From a bacterium (GTDB lineage Bacteria; Vulcanimicrobiota; JABDET01), in NCBI GenBank assembly GCA_021817145.1, contig JAKAVV010000003.1, positions 78,764-142,763 on the forward strand: DNA of 64,000 bases, written 5' to 3'. Numbering within the stretch: position 1 is the stretch's first letter; each line of letters begins with the position of its first letter. Under the pieces are notes generated by a model. The model worked only from the letters and a program-made list of their open reading frames with translations. It had not been told where the DNA came from and ran no database searches. The translations under genes were made by a program, and so were the position numbers. Of the stretch, positions 1-7,982 are shown piece after piece.

Positions 1-5
1 TTCTT

Positions 6-39
6 AAAAGAGGGCTTTTTAAGCCCTCTTTTCTTTTTT
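6..39. terminator. Perfect 10-bp hairpin (aaaagagggc / gccctctttt, 7-nt loop) with A-run upstream and T-run downstream; likely bidirectional rho-independent terminator
   Basis: Read directly: aaaagagggctttttaagccctcttttcttttttta. The stem is perfectly complementary and is followed by a T-tract. Confidence 0.55.
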
Positions 40-169
40 ATAAATGTTTTTTTTCCTCTATTTTTGACAGATTTTTGATCCCCTTGTGTTAAACTGACAA
101 CATAACTGGAAAACAAGCCTTTCACCGGTGAAAAATGCTTGATTCCTAAATTTGAAAGGGGGTCATTTT

Positions 170-523
170 ATGGCATTAGGATTATTAGGTGGATTACTTG
201 GTGGTTTGTTTGGTGGAGGTGGTGGAGGCAGCGCGGGAATGGGGCTTCTTGGCGGGATTACCCAGGGTGGCAGCGCAGAACAAACTGCTTTAGAAGCTTC
301 TATGCTGCAGCAGCAGTATCAGGAACAAGCTCAGAATACTGTGGTTCAAATGGCATCTAACCAGGAGGTTCAAAATCAGTCTATGATTTCAACTCTTGTT
401 TCAACCTCTCAAGGTTTATACAAGCTGCAGCAAGGGTCAAGTGTAGGGTTATTTAAAACTTATATGGGGGCTGCTAGTTCATGGATGCAGGCTCTTGGCG
501 GGGTAGGAGGGCGCATGTATTAA
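170..523 (+). CDS. Small Gly-rich / Gln-rich protein of unknown function (N-terminal GLLGG repeats, Q-rich middle); orphan
   Basis: ORF track 152..523, where 152 is a TTG. An ATG at 170 lies 8 nt after AAAGGGGG and is the more likely start (MALGLLGGLLGG...). The low-complexity Gly tract is followed by a QQQYQEQAQN segment. I recognise no family. Confidence 0.4.
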   Translation: MALGLLGGLLGGLFGGGGGGSAGMGLLGGITQGGSAEQTALEASMLQQQYQEQAQNTVVQMASNQEVQNQSMISTLVSTSQGLYKLQQGSSVGLFKTYMGAASSWMQALGGVGGRMY

Positions 524-535
524 CTGTTTTGATAT

Positions 536-589
536 CTCCCAGGGCATTCTGCCGTTATGCTTGCAAGCATTAGGATGGATGTCCTGGGA
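536..589. repeat. Nested inverted repeat: outer stem TCCCAGG/CCTGGGA enclosing a perfect 14-bp palindrome ATGCTTGCAAGCAT; possible terminator/attenuator or operator between the Gly-rich gene and the asnB-like gene
   Basis: Read directly at 537-543 vs 583-589, with the palindrome core at 557-570. It is followed by tttgtg..tttttgcg. Confidence 0.4.
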
Positions 590-632
590 TTTGTGAAGGC
601 TATTTTTGCGTTTTCTCGAAATTATAATAGAC

Positions 633-2657
633 GTGTGTGGTATTTTCGGGGTTTGGTCTAAAAAAGAACCGCTTCAGCTGTCAATCATAGAAGATTCGGT
701 TAATCGTTTGAAACACAGAGGGCCTGATGATGAAGGATATCTTCTTTTTAACGGGATTACAGGCAGCTGTTGGACAGCTGGAGGAAGAAATACTCCGAAA
801 GCGATCTTTTCCAGCGCATTTTCTTATTCTCCAAAAACTTTGCTCTCCGATCTCTCTGTAAATGATTCGTATCATCTTGTTTTAGGACATCGAAGACTTT
901 CTGTGCTTGATCTTTCTCCCGCAGGACATCAACCTATGTGCAGTCCGGACGGGAAAATATGGATCGTTTATAATGGTGAAATCTATAATTATATTGAGTT
1001 AAGGGATGAACTGAAGGATAAAGGATTTCAATTCATGACAAATTCAGATACCGAAGTTCTTTTAGCTGCTTATCAATGCTGGGGGGAAGAAGCGCTTAAA
1101 AAGTTTAATGGGATGTGGGGGTTCTGTATTTTTGACAGAGAGAAGAAAACCCTTTTTTGTTCAAGAGACAGATTAGGAGTAAAGCCATTTTATTACTGGT
1201 TTGATGGAGAACATTTTGCTTTTGCTTCAGAAATAAAAGCTCTAAGAACACTTCCATTTGTAAAATCTTCCCCTAATAATAAAGTTATTTTTGATCATCT
1301 TCTTTTAGGCTGGCTGGATTTAGGAGAGGATTCTTTTTTTGAGGGAATTCATCAGCTGCCTCCTGGGTATTCTTTAACTCTGAAATTAGATGGGGATTTG
1401 TTTTTAAAGCCTTACTGGAAGCTGACTCCAAACCTGGAAATTGGAGAGTTTGACGAAACACTCTTTCGTTCTTACAAAAGTCAATACAGAAAACTGCTCA
1501 GTGATGCTGTAAAAATAAGGATGAGAAGCGATGTTCCAGTTGGTTCCTGCTTAAGCGGCGGACTTGATTCTTCAGCCATTGTCATGCTCGCCGAAAATTT
1601 GTTCAGAAAAAATGGCGCTTTACAAAATACTTCTCCTCTAAACACCTTTACTTTAACCTATCCTGATGAAAAATCGAGCGAAGGTTTTTTAGATGATCTG
1701 GAATATGCTAAAGAAATCATACAAGCAGTAGGCGCCAATCCTTATTTTATTGATCCTTCCCCTGAAAAAGGAAGTCTGCTTTTCAATTTAAAGACAGTAT
1801 TAAATTATATAGATGAACCTTATGTTTGCATGATTCCATTAGCCGTTTATCAATTGTTTAAAACGATAAGACAGAACAACGTGATTGTCGCATTAAATGG
1901 CCATGGAGCAGATGAACTTTTAGGAGGGTATCTATATATGCTCCCTTCTTATTTAGCTGGCATGGTTCTTGAGAATAAACAGAAAGATATTGTGCAGGAA
2001 GTGATGGATTTCAGCATCATGACAGGGAAAAGCATTCAAGAACTTTTATCAGTTATTGAACTCTGCTCTTCTAAAGAATCTTTTCCCCATCCCGCTGCAA
2101 CTGAAGCAAATCCATTCATTCGATATATGAATAAAGATTTTTTTGAGGCTTATGGGAAAGAAAGGCTTGAAAAAGTGGCTGATGATCTGTATCCATACAA
2201 AAATTTTAATGCTCTGCTTGCTTCATCACTGACAAAAGGGACATTAGCTGTCCAACTGAAGTATGAAGATAGAATGTCAATGGCTTTTTCTGTAGAGGAA
2301 CGGAATCCTTTTGCTGACGATTATCGTTTGATTGAATTTGCAGCTTCTCTGCCTGCTGTTTACAAGGTTCGAAAAGGGTGGACCAAGTACATTCATAGAG
2401 CTGCTCTAGAAGATTTAATGCCCGAGAAAATCACCTGGAGGAAGAAAAAAACTCCTCTTCCTGTGCCTGAAAAAAATATTATTTCTGCTTCTCTTAAGGA
2501 ATGTCGAGAATTGATTTCTGAACCGGATCCCTATTTAAATAGAGAGCTTCTGATGAAAGAGTTTGATTCCATACTTGATTCCTTGAATAATCAGCAGGGC
2601 TATGGGTTTTCATTAACACGGATACTTACTTTAAAATTGTGGCTTTCTGAGATGTGA
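633..2657 (+). CDS. asnB: Asparagine synthetase (glutamine-hydrolysing) family amidotransferase, AsnB-like
   Basis: CGIFGV Ntn-glutaminase N-terminus with Cys directly after a GTG at 633. The ORF track starts at an in-frame ATG at 606, which would put 9 residues before the catalytic Cys. PP-loop SCLSGGLDSS. At 683 aa it is long for the family. Its true substrate is unknown. Confidence 0.8.
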   Translation: MCGIFGVWSKKEPLQLSIIEDSVNRLKHRGPDDEGYLLFNGITGSCWTAGGRNTPKAIFSSAFSYSPKTLLSDLSVNDSYHLVLGHRRLSVLDLSPAGHQPMCSPDGKIWIVYNGEIYNYIELRDELKDKGFQFMTNSDTEVLLAAYQCWGEEALKKFNGMWGFCIFDREKKTLFCSRDRLGVKPFYYWFDGEHFAFASEIKALRTLPFVKSSPNNKVIFDHLLLGWLDLGEDSFFEGIHQLPPGYSLTLKLDGDLFLKPYWKLTPNLEIGEFDETLFRSYKSQYRKLLSDAVKIRMRSDVPVGSCLSGGLDSSAIVMLAENLFRKNGALQNTSPLNTFTLTYPDEKSSEGFLDDLEYAKEIIQAVGANPYFIDPSPEKGSLLFNLKTVLNYIDEPYVCMIPLAVYQLFKTIRQNNVIVALNGHGADELLGGYLYMLPSYLAGMVLENKQKDIVQEVMDFSIMTGKSIQELLSVIELCSSKESFPHPAATEANPFIRYMNKDFFEAYGKERLEKVADDLYPYKNFNALLASSLTKGTLAVQLKYEDRMSMAFSVEERNPFADDYRLIEFAASLPAVYKVRKGWTKYIHRAALEDLMPEKITWRKKKTPLPVPEKNIISASLKECRELISEPDPYLNRELLMKEFDSILDSLNNQQGYGFSLTRILTLKLWLSEM

Positions 2658-2723
2658 TTCATCTCCTCATCACAGATATTTAAAGGAAGGTAAAGCCAAA
2701 AATCGAATGAGAAGAAAGATAAA

Positions 2724-3452
2724 ATGAAAGATAAGAATCCAATCATTTTAGCTCTGGATGTGCGGGATTTAAAAACAGGGCTGAACCTTCTAGAAAAACT
2801 GGATGGACTGGTTCAAAAAGTTAAAGTTGGACCAGGTTTATTTCTTAAGGAGGGTCCTCTCCTTTTGAGATATCTCCATGAAAAAGGGTTTCAAATCTTC
2901 TTGGATTTGAAACTGCACGATATCCCGAATACAGTTTCTTTAGCTGTTCAATCTGCCCAAAAACTTGGAGTCTGGATGCTTTCCATTCATTTGTCAGGCG
3001 GAGAAAAAATGTTAAATCAAGCGGTGAAAACAGCTTCAGGATCCCCTCTTTTAGCAGGAATTACGGTTTTAACCAGTTTTGATGATCAAGAACTCAAAAC
3101 CATTGGGGTTTCTTCATCTGTGGCAAAACAGACTGAATTTTTAGGGAAGCTGGCTGAAAAGACAGGGATCCAGGCAATTGTAGCATCCCCTCTTGAAGCT
3201 TCGTTTTTAAAAAAAGAGTTAGGAGGAAAGATAATGATTATTACCCCTGGGATCAGGTTATTGACAGATCGAAGATTGGATTCTGTTCATGGTTTGCCTG
3301 ATGATCAAGCTCGAATCTCCACCCCATTAAAGGCTGTTCAAGCAGGAGCGGATTATCTTGTGATTGGAAGACCGGTGCTTGAAGCTTCCGATCCAAAAGC
3401 CGTTTTAATCTCTATTTTAGATGGAATTCGCAGCATGGAAACACTGAAATGA
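2724..3452 (+). CDS. pyrF: Orotidine-5'-phosphate decarboxylase
   Basis: ILALDV..KVGPGLF..FLDLKLHDIPNTV motifs. 242 aa. Confidence 0.85.
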   Translation: MKDKNPIILALDVRDLKTGLNLLEKLDGLVQKVKVGPGLFLKEGPLLLRYLHEKGFQIFLDLKLHDIPNTVSLAVQSAQKLGVWMLSIHLSGGEKMLNQAVKTASGSPLLAGITVLTSFDDQELKTIGVSSSVAKQTEFLGKLAEKTGIQAIVASPLEASFLKKELGGKIMIITPGIRLLTDRRLDSVHGLPDDQARISTPLKAVQAGADYLVIGRPVLEASDPKAVLISILDGIRSMETLK

Positions 3453-4018
3453 CAGAAGAAACTCGAAAAATTTTAACCCTTTTTCAAGAGAAAAAAGCGG
3501 TTTTGGAAGGGCATTTTCTGCTGACCTCAGGACTGCACAGCTCTTATTACATTCAATGCGCTAAAATTTTCGAAGATCCTGAAACTGCGGCGAAAATCGT
3601 GAAAGAATTGATTAAGATTTTTGACAATAAAGAGATTTCTTATATTGTTGGTCCTGCTGTTGGAGGAATCCTTCTTGCTTATGAGCTGGCTAAACAATTG
3701 AAAACAAAAACAGTTTATACTGAACGGGAGAATGGGAAAATGTCTTTAAGACGAGGTTTTTTTATTCCTCCTGGAAGCAAAGTTTTAATTGCGGAAGACG
3801 TTTTGACAACCGGCGGTTCTGTTTTAGAGGTAGCGGATCTATTAACAAAACAGGGGATTGAAGTGCTTGGAGTAGCGGCCCTTGTGAATCGCGGCAATGT
3901 CCATTTACCTTATCCTGCTTACTGGCTTTTGACTCTGGATCTGCCTGCTTACAGCGCTGATAATTGTCCTTTGTGCAGAGAAGACAAAGCGCTGGTGAAA
4001 CCTGGAAGCAGAGCATGA
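3449..4018 (+). CDS. pyrE: Orotate phosphoribosyltransferase
   Basis: LLTSGLHSSYYIQC.., VGPAVGGILLAYELA, VLIAEDVLTTGGSV PRPP-binding motif. ATGA overlap with pyrF. Confidence 0.85.
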   Translation: MTEETRKILTLFQEKKAVLEGHFLLTSGLHSSYYIQCAKIFEDPETAAKIVKELIKIFDNKEISYIVGPAVGGILLAYELAKQLKTKTVYTERENGKMSLRRGFFIPPGSKVLIAEDVLTTGGSVLEVADLLTKQGIEVLGVAALVNRGNVHLPYPAYWLLTLDLPAYSADNCPLCREDKALVKPGSRA

Positions 4019-5313
4019 AAGAAAAAAAACCTGATCTTGTAGAATTTTCACCTGACAACACAATTTTCTTACTTTTGTCGTTTGAGGGACCTGATGTTTA
4101 CAGCCAGGCTGGAGGACTTGGTGTAAGAATGGCTGAATTATCGAGATCTCTGGCTGAAGAGAAATATGAAACCCATCTGTTTTTTATTGGAGATCCTTCT
4201 TTTCCTGGAGAGGAAAAACTTTTAAATAATCGTTTGATTTATCACCGCTGGTGCCAGTGGATCAGTCATTATCACCGTGGTGGAGTTTATGATGGAGAAG
4301 AAGGGAAACTTTTAAATTATCAGGATTCTCTTCCACCCTGGATTCTGCAGAATATCTTTTTTCTTCCAAAAAATGGAAAAAAAAACTTTGTGGTATTAAG
4401 TGAAGAATGGCATACAGCCGAAACAACAATTAGACTTCATCGTATGTCGCAGTCTCTAAAATTGAAACCTTTGTTTCTATGGAATGCAAACAATACTTTT
4501 GGATTTCACCGTATTCAGTGGGATGAATTAAAAAGATCGGCTGCTGTCACAACAGTCAGCAAATATATGAAACATTTAATGTGGAAATATCAGGTTGATC
4601 CTCTGGTTATTCCAAATGGAATCCCAAAACGGTTTTTTGCTCCAATTCATAAAGAATCCGTTTCGCTTCTGAGAAAATCTGCAGATACCGATCTTCTGCT
4701 GGCTAAAATCGGGCGGTTTGATCCTGACAAAAGATGGATTATGGCAGTGAAGAGTTTCCATCATTTAAAAAAAATGGGAATCCGCTCTAAATTGATTATC
4801 AGAGGTGGAGTTGAACCCCATGGTTGGGAAGTCAAGAATCTTGCCGAATCGCTTGGGTTAAAAATCGTTCCCGTTAAACTTCCTAAAAATGCCGACTATA
4901 AATTGCTTTGTCAGTTCTTAAAACAAACCCCTGCCGCAGATATTTATGATTTGCAGTTTTTTGTGTCTGAAGAACTGCTCCGCGCTATTTATAAAGCTTC
5001 TGATGCGGTCCTAGCCAATTCAAGACATGAACCATTTGGACTTGTTGGATTGGAAGTCATGGCATGCGGCGGTGTGGCGATTACAGGTAATTCAGGAGAG
5101 GATTATGCGCAGTCTTTTCGGAATGCCATTGTTGTTGAGACAGAGGATCCTTTAGAACTATCCAGTTATTTAATCTCTCTTTATGAAAAACCGACTTTAT
5201 CGGCAAATTTGAGAAAAAACGGAATTGAATCAGCAAAGGCTTTTCTGTGGGAGGTTGTGATTGAAGAATTAAAAAGGAAGCTGATGTATTTAGGAATGGA
5301 ACGGAATTCATGA
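4015..5313 (+). CDS. GT-B fold glycosyltransferase (GT4/GT5-like; glycogen-synthase-like PDVYSQAGGLGV N-terminal motif)
   Basis: The N-terminus resembles the GlgA K-T-G-G-L-A-D-V motif, with a C-terminal GT-B nucleotide-sugar domain. The start is probably the ATG at 4015, which overlaps the pyrE stop as ATGA; the ORF track start at 3964 would overlap pyrE by 55 nt. Specificity is unknown. Confidence 0.6.
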   Translation: MKEKKPDLVEFSPDNTIFLLLSFEGPDVYSQAGGLGVRMAELSRSLAEEKYETHLFFIGDPSFPGEEKLLNNRLIYHRWCQWISHYHRGGVYDGEEGKLLNYQDSLPPWILQNIFFLPKNGKKNFVVLSEEWHTAETTIRLHRMSQSLKLKPLFLWNANNTFGFHRIQWDELKRSAAVTTVSKYMKHLMWKYQVDPLVIPNGIPKRFFAPIHKESVSLLRKSADTDLLLAKIGRFDPDKRWIMAVKSFHHLKKMGIRSKLIIRGGVEPHGWEVKNLAESLGLKIVPVKLPKNADYKLLCQFLKQTPAADIYDLQFFVSEELLRAIYKASDAVLANSRHEPFGLVGLEVMACGGVAITGNSGEDYAQSFRNAIVVETEDPLELSSYLISLYEKPTLSANLRKNGIESAKAFLWEVVIEELKRKLMYLGMERNS

Positions 5314-6293
5314 CAAGTCCATGGGAAATTCTGGCAGATAAAGTTCTTTCCGGCGACGAAATCTCCCATTCAGAAGCGCTCCAAGTTATTTCTGCTTCTG
5401 ACTCTGAAACTTTTTCTCTTGTGGAACAGGCAGCTCGTATTCGAGAACATTTTTGGCAGAATCGGGTTAGATTATATATGCTTTTAAATGCTAAAAGCGG
5501 GTTGTGTCCTGAAGACTGCGGCTACTGCTCTCAGTCTAAAGATTCAAAAGCCCTAATTTCAAAATATCCCCTTCTTCCCGAAGAAACGATTCTTAAAGCA
5601 GCGGAAAAAGCGAAAGAGCTTCAAGTTCATACTTTTTGCCTGGTTGCCAGTGGTCGTTCTCCTGCCGAAAAAGAGCTGGAAAAAGTAGGAGATGTTGTCA
5701 AACAGATTAAATCACATTATAGCTTTAAGGTCTGCGCTTGTTTAGGATTATTAAAAAAGGGGCAGGCTGAGTTTTTAAAATATTCGGGAGTGGATACTTA
5801 TAATCACAACTTGAATACTTCTCGGAATTATTATTCTCAGATCTGCGGGACTCATTCTTTTGATAATCGAGTTCAAACTGTGAATCAAGTGAAAGAAGCT
5901 GGGATTGGAACTTGTTCAGGAGGAATTGTGGGGATGGGGGAAAATTTCCAGGACGCTGTGGATTTAGCTTATGAATTAAAAGCTTTAGGCGTTGATTCCA
6001 TTCCCATTAATTTTCTTCACCCTATTGAAGGGACCTCTTTATCTGCAGTCAATGACCTTACTCCTTTAAAAGCGCTTCGATATTTGTGCTTATTTCGCTT
6101 TGTGAATCCATCAGCAGATTTAAGAATAGCAGGAGGAAGAGAGCTGCATTTGCGCGCTCTTCAACCCCTTGGGCTTAGAGTGGCGAATTCTATTTTTATT
6201 GGAGATTATCTCACAACAAAAGGAGAAGCTCCTGAGGCCGATCTAGAGATGATTAGAGATCTTGGTTTTGTGATCGAGGCGGCATCTGTTTAA
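5310..6293 (+). CDS. bioB: Biotin synthase (radical SAM)
   Basis: CPEDCGYC CxxxCxxC motif. YNHNLNTSRNYY..ICGTHSFDNRVQTV is characteristic of BioB. ATGA overlap with the upstream gene. Confidence 0.85.
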   Translation: MTSPWEILADKVLSGDEISHSEALQVISASDSETFSLVEQAARIREHFWQNRVRLYMLLNAKSGLCPEDCGYCSQSKDSKALISKYPLLPEETILKAAEKAKELQVHTFCLVASGRSPAEKELEKVGDVVKQIKSHYSFKVCACLGLLKKGQAEFLKYSGVDTYNHNLNTSRNYYSQICGTHSFDNRVQTVNQVKEAGIGTCSGGIVGMGENFQDAVDLAYELKALGVDSIPINFLHPIEGTSLSAVNDLTPLKALRYLCLFRFVNPSADLRIAGGRELHLRALQPLGLRVANSIFIGDYLTTKGEAPEADLEMIRDLGFVIEAASV

Positions 6294-6324
6294 ATTTCGA
6301 ATCACGGGTTATCTTCCCCAAGTT

Positions 6325-6576
6325 TTAAGCGTATAAATTGTCAATCAAATAGCGGGCTTGAAGTAAAAAAAACTCTTTCAGCTCCCAGAAAGCCCGAATA
6401 GAGGGGCGAAGATGAAGTTTTGGGAGGCGCTCTTTAATCATCTCTTTGCCAATATCTCTGATATCTCTATCTCCGCCATCTGTTAATACTCGTGAAATGT
6501 AAAAGTTGTTAAAATGCTCATCTTGAGGAGTTTTGTCTAAATCGTAATCCCATAAAAGTTCTTTGCGTATTTTCAT
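6325..6576 (-). CDS. Hypothetical small protein (83 aa)
   Basis: ORF only. It sits alone and antisense in the bioB-bioF spacer. I recognise no family. It may not be expressed. Confidence 0.2.
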   Translation of the reverse strand: MKIRKELLWDYDLDKTPQDEHFNNFYISRVLTDGGDRDIRDIGKEMIKERLPKLHLRPSIRAFWELKEFFLLQARYLIDNLYA

Positions 6577-6804
6577 CTTGATCGTTCACTCAACTTGATT
6601 ACTCTTTAATCCTGTCAGTAAAAGTTTTTTGAGTTCACGATCCTTCTCCTTTCGATAATGACAGGCTCACGGCAGTAAGCTACAATAACAAGTTGGCTAA
6701 TTGTGTAGGAGTTTAATGTATCTTGTCTAATGATAAACTGATTCTATACCGAATCATAAGGAAATAGCGCCTGGAATTAAAGGATTATTTCACGTGATAA
6801 TATT

Positions 6805-7923
6805 ATGAAACTTGAATCTTATACAGATATTCAGCTTAAACTTTTGAAAGAGAAAAATCTTTTTAGGATGACTCCTGTCCATTCAGATATCAGGGCAGTC
6901 TGTTTCTGTTCAAATGACTATCTGGGATTGTCCAATCATGCTGAACTAAAGAAAGCGGCTGTTAAGGCGATTAAAGATTGGGGTATAGGAGGCACGGGTT
7001 CAAGATTGATCTCTGGGACTTTTTCAACTCACCAAAAATTGGAACAGGATATTGCCCATTGGCTTGGAAGAGATTCAGCTCTTTTTTTTAATTCTGGATT
7101 TCATGCAGGGATCGGAATTCTTCCCGCTGTCAGCGAGAAAGGAATAATTTTCTCAGACGAGTTAAATCACGCTTGTTTAATTGATGGTTGCAGACTAAGT
7201 AAAGCAGAAGTGGTTGTTTATAAACATCAAGACATAGAACACCTCGATTTTTTATTAAAACGTAATACAGGGAAATCTCCCGCGTGGATTGTTTCTGAAT
7301 CTGTTTTCAGCATGGAAGGGGAAAAAGCGGATCTTAAAAATTTAGTGAAACTTAAAAAAAAACATGGAGTTTTTCTTTTTCTTGATGAAGCTCATGCCAT
7401 TGGAATTTATGGAGAAAAAGGAGGGGGACTTTCTGAGGAATTGAACCTCTTGAACCAGGTGGATCTTGTGATGGGAACTTTCAGCAAATCCATGGGAAGT
7501 TTAGGGGGATTTGCTGCTGGCAGCAAGAAAATAATTGAGTTGATTCTGAATCGAGCTCGCAGTTTTATTTTTACAACTGCTTCTCCACCGTACTTGCCTG
7601 TAATCAATGCAAAAGCCCTGCAGATTCTTCAGAAGATGCACAGTGAAAGAAAAAAGTTAAAAGAAATTTCCATGAATGTTAGAAAAAGATTGAATAGGAA
7701 ATTTATTGTGAAGGGGGAAGACTCCCCTATTATTCCTGTGATTGTGGGGGAATCATCAGATGCTTTAAATTTTTCAAGAAAATTGCTGAATCATGGGATC
7801 TGGGTTCAAGCCATTAGACCTCCGACTGTTCCTGAAGGAACCAGCAGACTTCGGATCAGCCTTTCTTTATCTCACTCAGGCAAGGATCTGGAAAAGCTGC
7901 TTCAGGCATTTGATAATCTTTGA
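6805..7923 (+). CDS. bioF: 8-amino-7-oxononanoate synthase family (class II PLP aminotransferase; BioF/Kbl-like)
   Basis: GTFSKSMGSLGG PLP-lysine motif and the overall class-II architecture. Proximity to bioB favours BioF. Confidence 0.7.
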   Translation: MKLESYTDIQLKLLKEKNLFRMTPVHSDIRAVCFCSNDYLGLSNHAELKKAAVKAIKDWGIGGTGSRLISGTFSTHQKLEQDIAHWLGRDSALFFNSGFHAGIGILPAVSEKGIIFSDELNHACLIDGCRLSKAEVVVYKHQDIEHLDFLLKRNTGKSPAWIVSESVFSMEGEKADLKNLVKLKKKHGVFLFLDEAHAIGIYGEKGGGLSEELNLLNQVDLVMGTFSKSMGSLGGFAAGSKKIIELILNRARSFIFTTASPPYLPVINAKALQILQKMHSERKKLKEISMNVRKRLNRKFIVKGEDSPIIPVIVGESSDALNFSRKLLNHGIWVQAIRPPTVPEGTSRLRISLSLSHSGKDLEKLLQAFDNL

Positions 7924-7982
7924 TAATCATTCCAAGTCTATCCATTAGACTTGAGTTTAAAATAATTTAGGAGTTTTGTTTT

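Noticed and set aside
64-95. Possible promoter TTGACA..(17-20 nt)..TGTTAAACT for the Gly-rich gene
   Set aside because: The -35 is perfect, but no acceptable -10 hexamer lies at 16-18-nt spacing. Too weak to list as a feature.
180-260. Short direct repeats (ggtgg/ggagg units) that might suggest a CRISPR or tandem repeat
   Set aside because: They are in-frame Gly/Leu codon repeats inside a coding region. There are no spacer/repeat periodicity and no cas genes anywhere in the window.
139-360. Trp-rich 73-aa ORF (..WITWWFVWWRWWRQ..) overlapping the Gly-rich gene
   Set aside because: It is the +1 frame of the GGTGG/GGAGG glycine-codon repeats. It has no independent RBS and is an obvious frame artefact.
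681-875. Antisense 64-aa ORF inside the asnB-like gene
   Set aside because: It is wholly embedded antisense in a well-supported CDS, with no RBS and no homology.
152-2657. Lasso-peptide-type RiPP locus (small Gly-rich precursor + Asn-synthetase-like cyclase)
   Set aside because: No adjacent B-type transglutaminase-fold protease. The downstream genes are pyrF and pyrE. The AsnB homolog retains the full glutaminase Cys. I kept only a low-level note.
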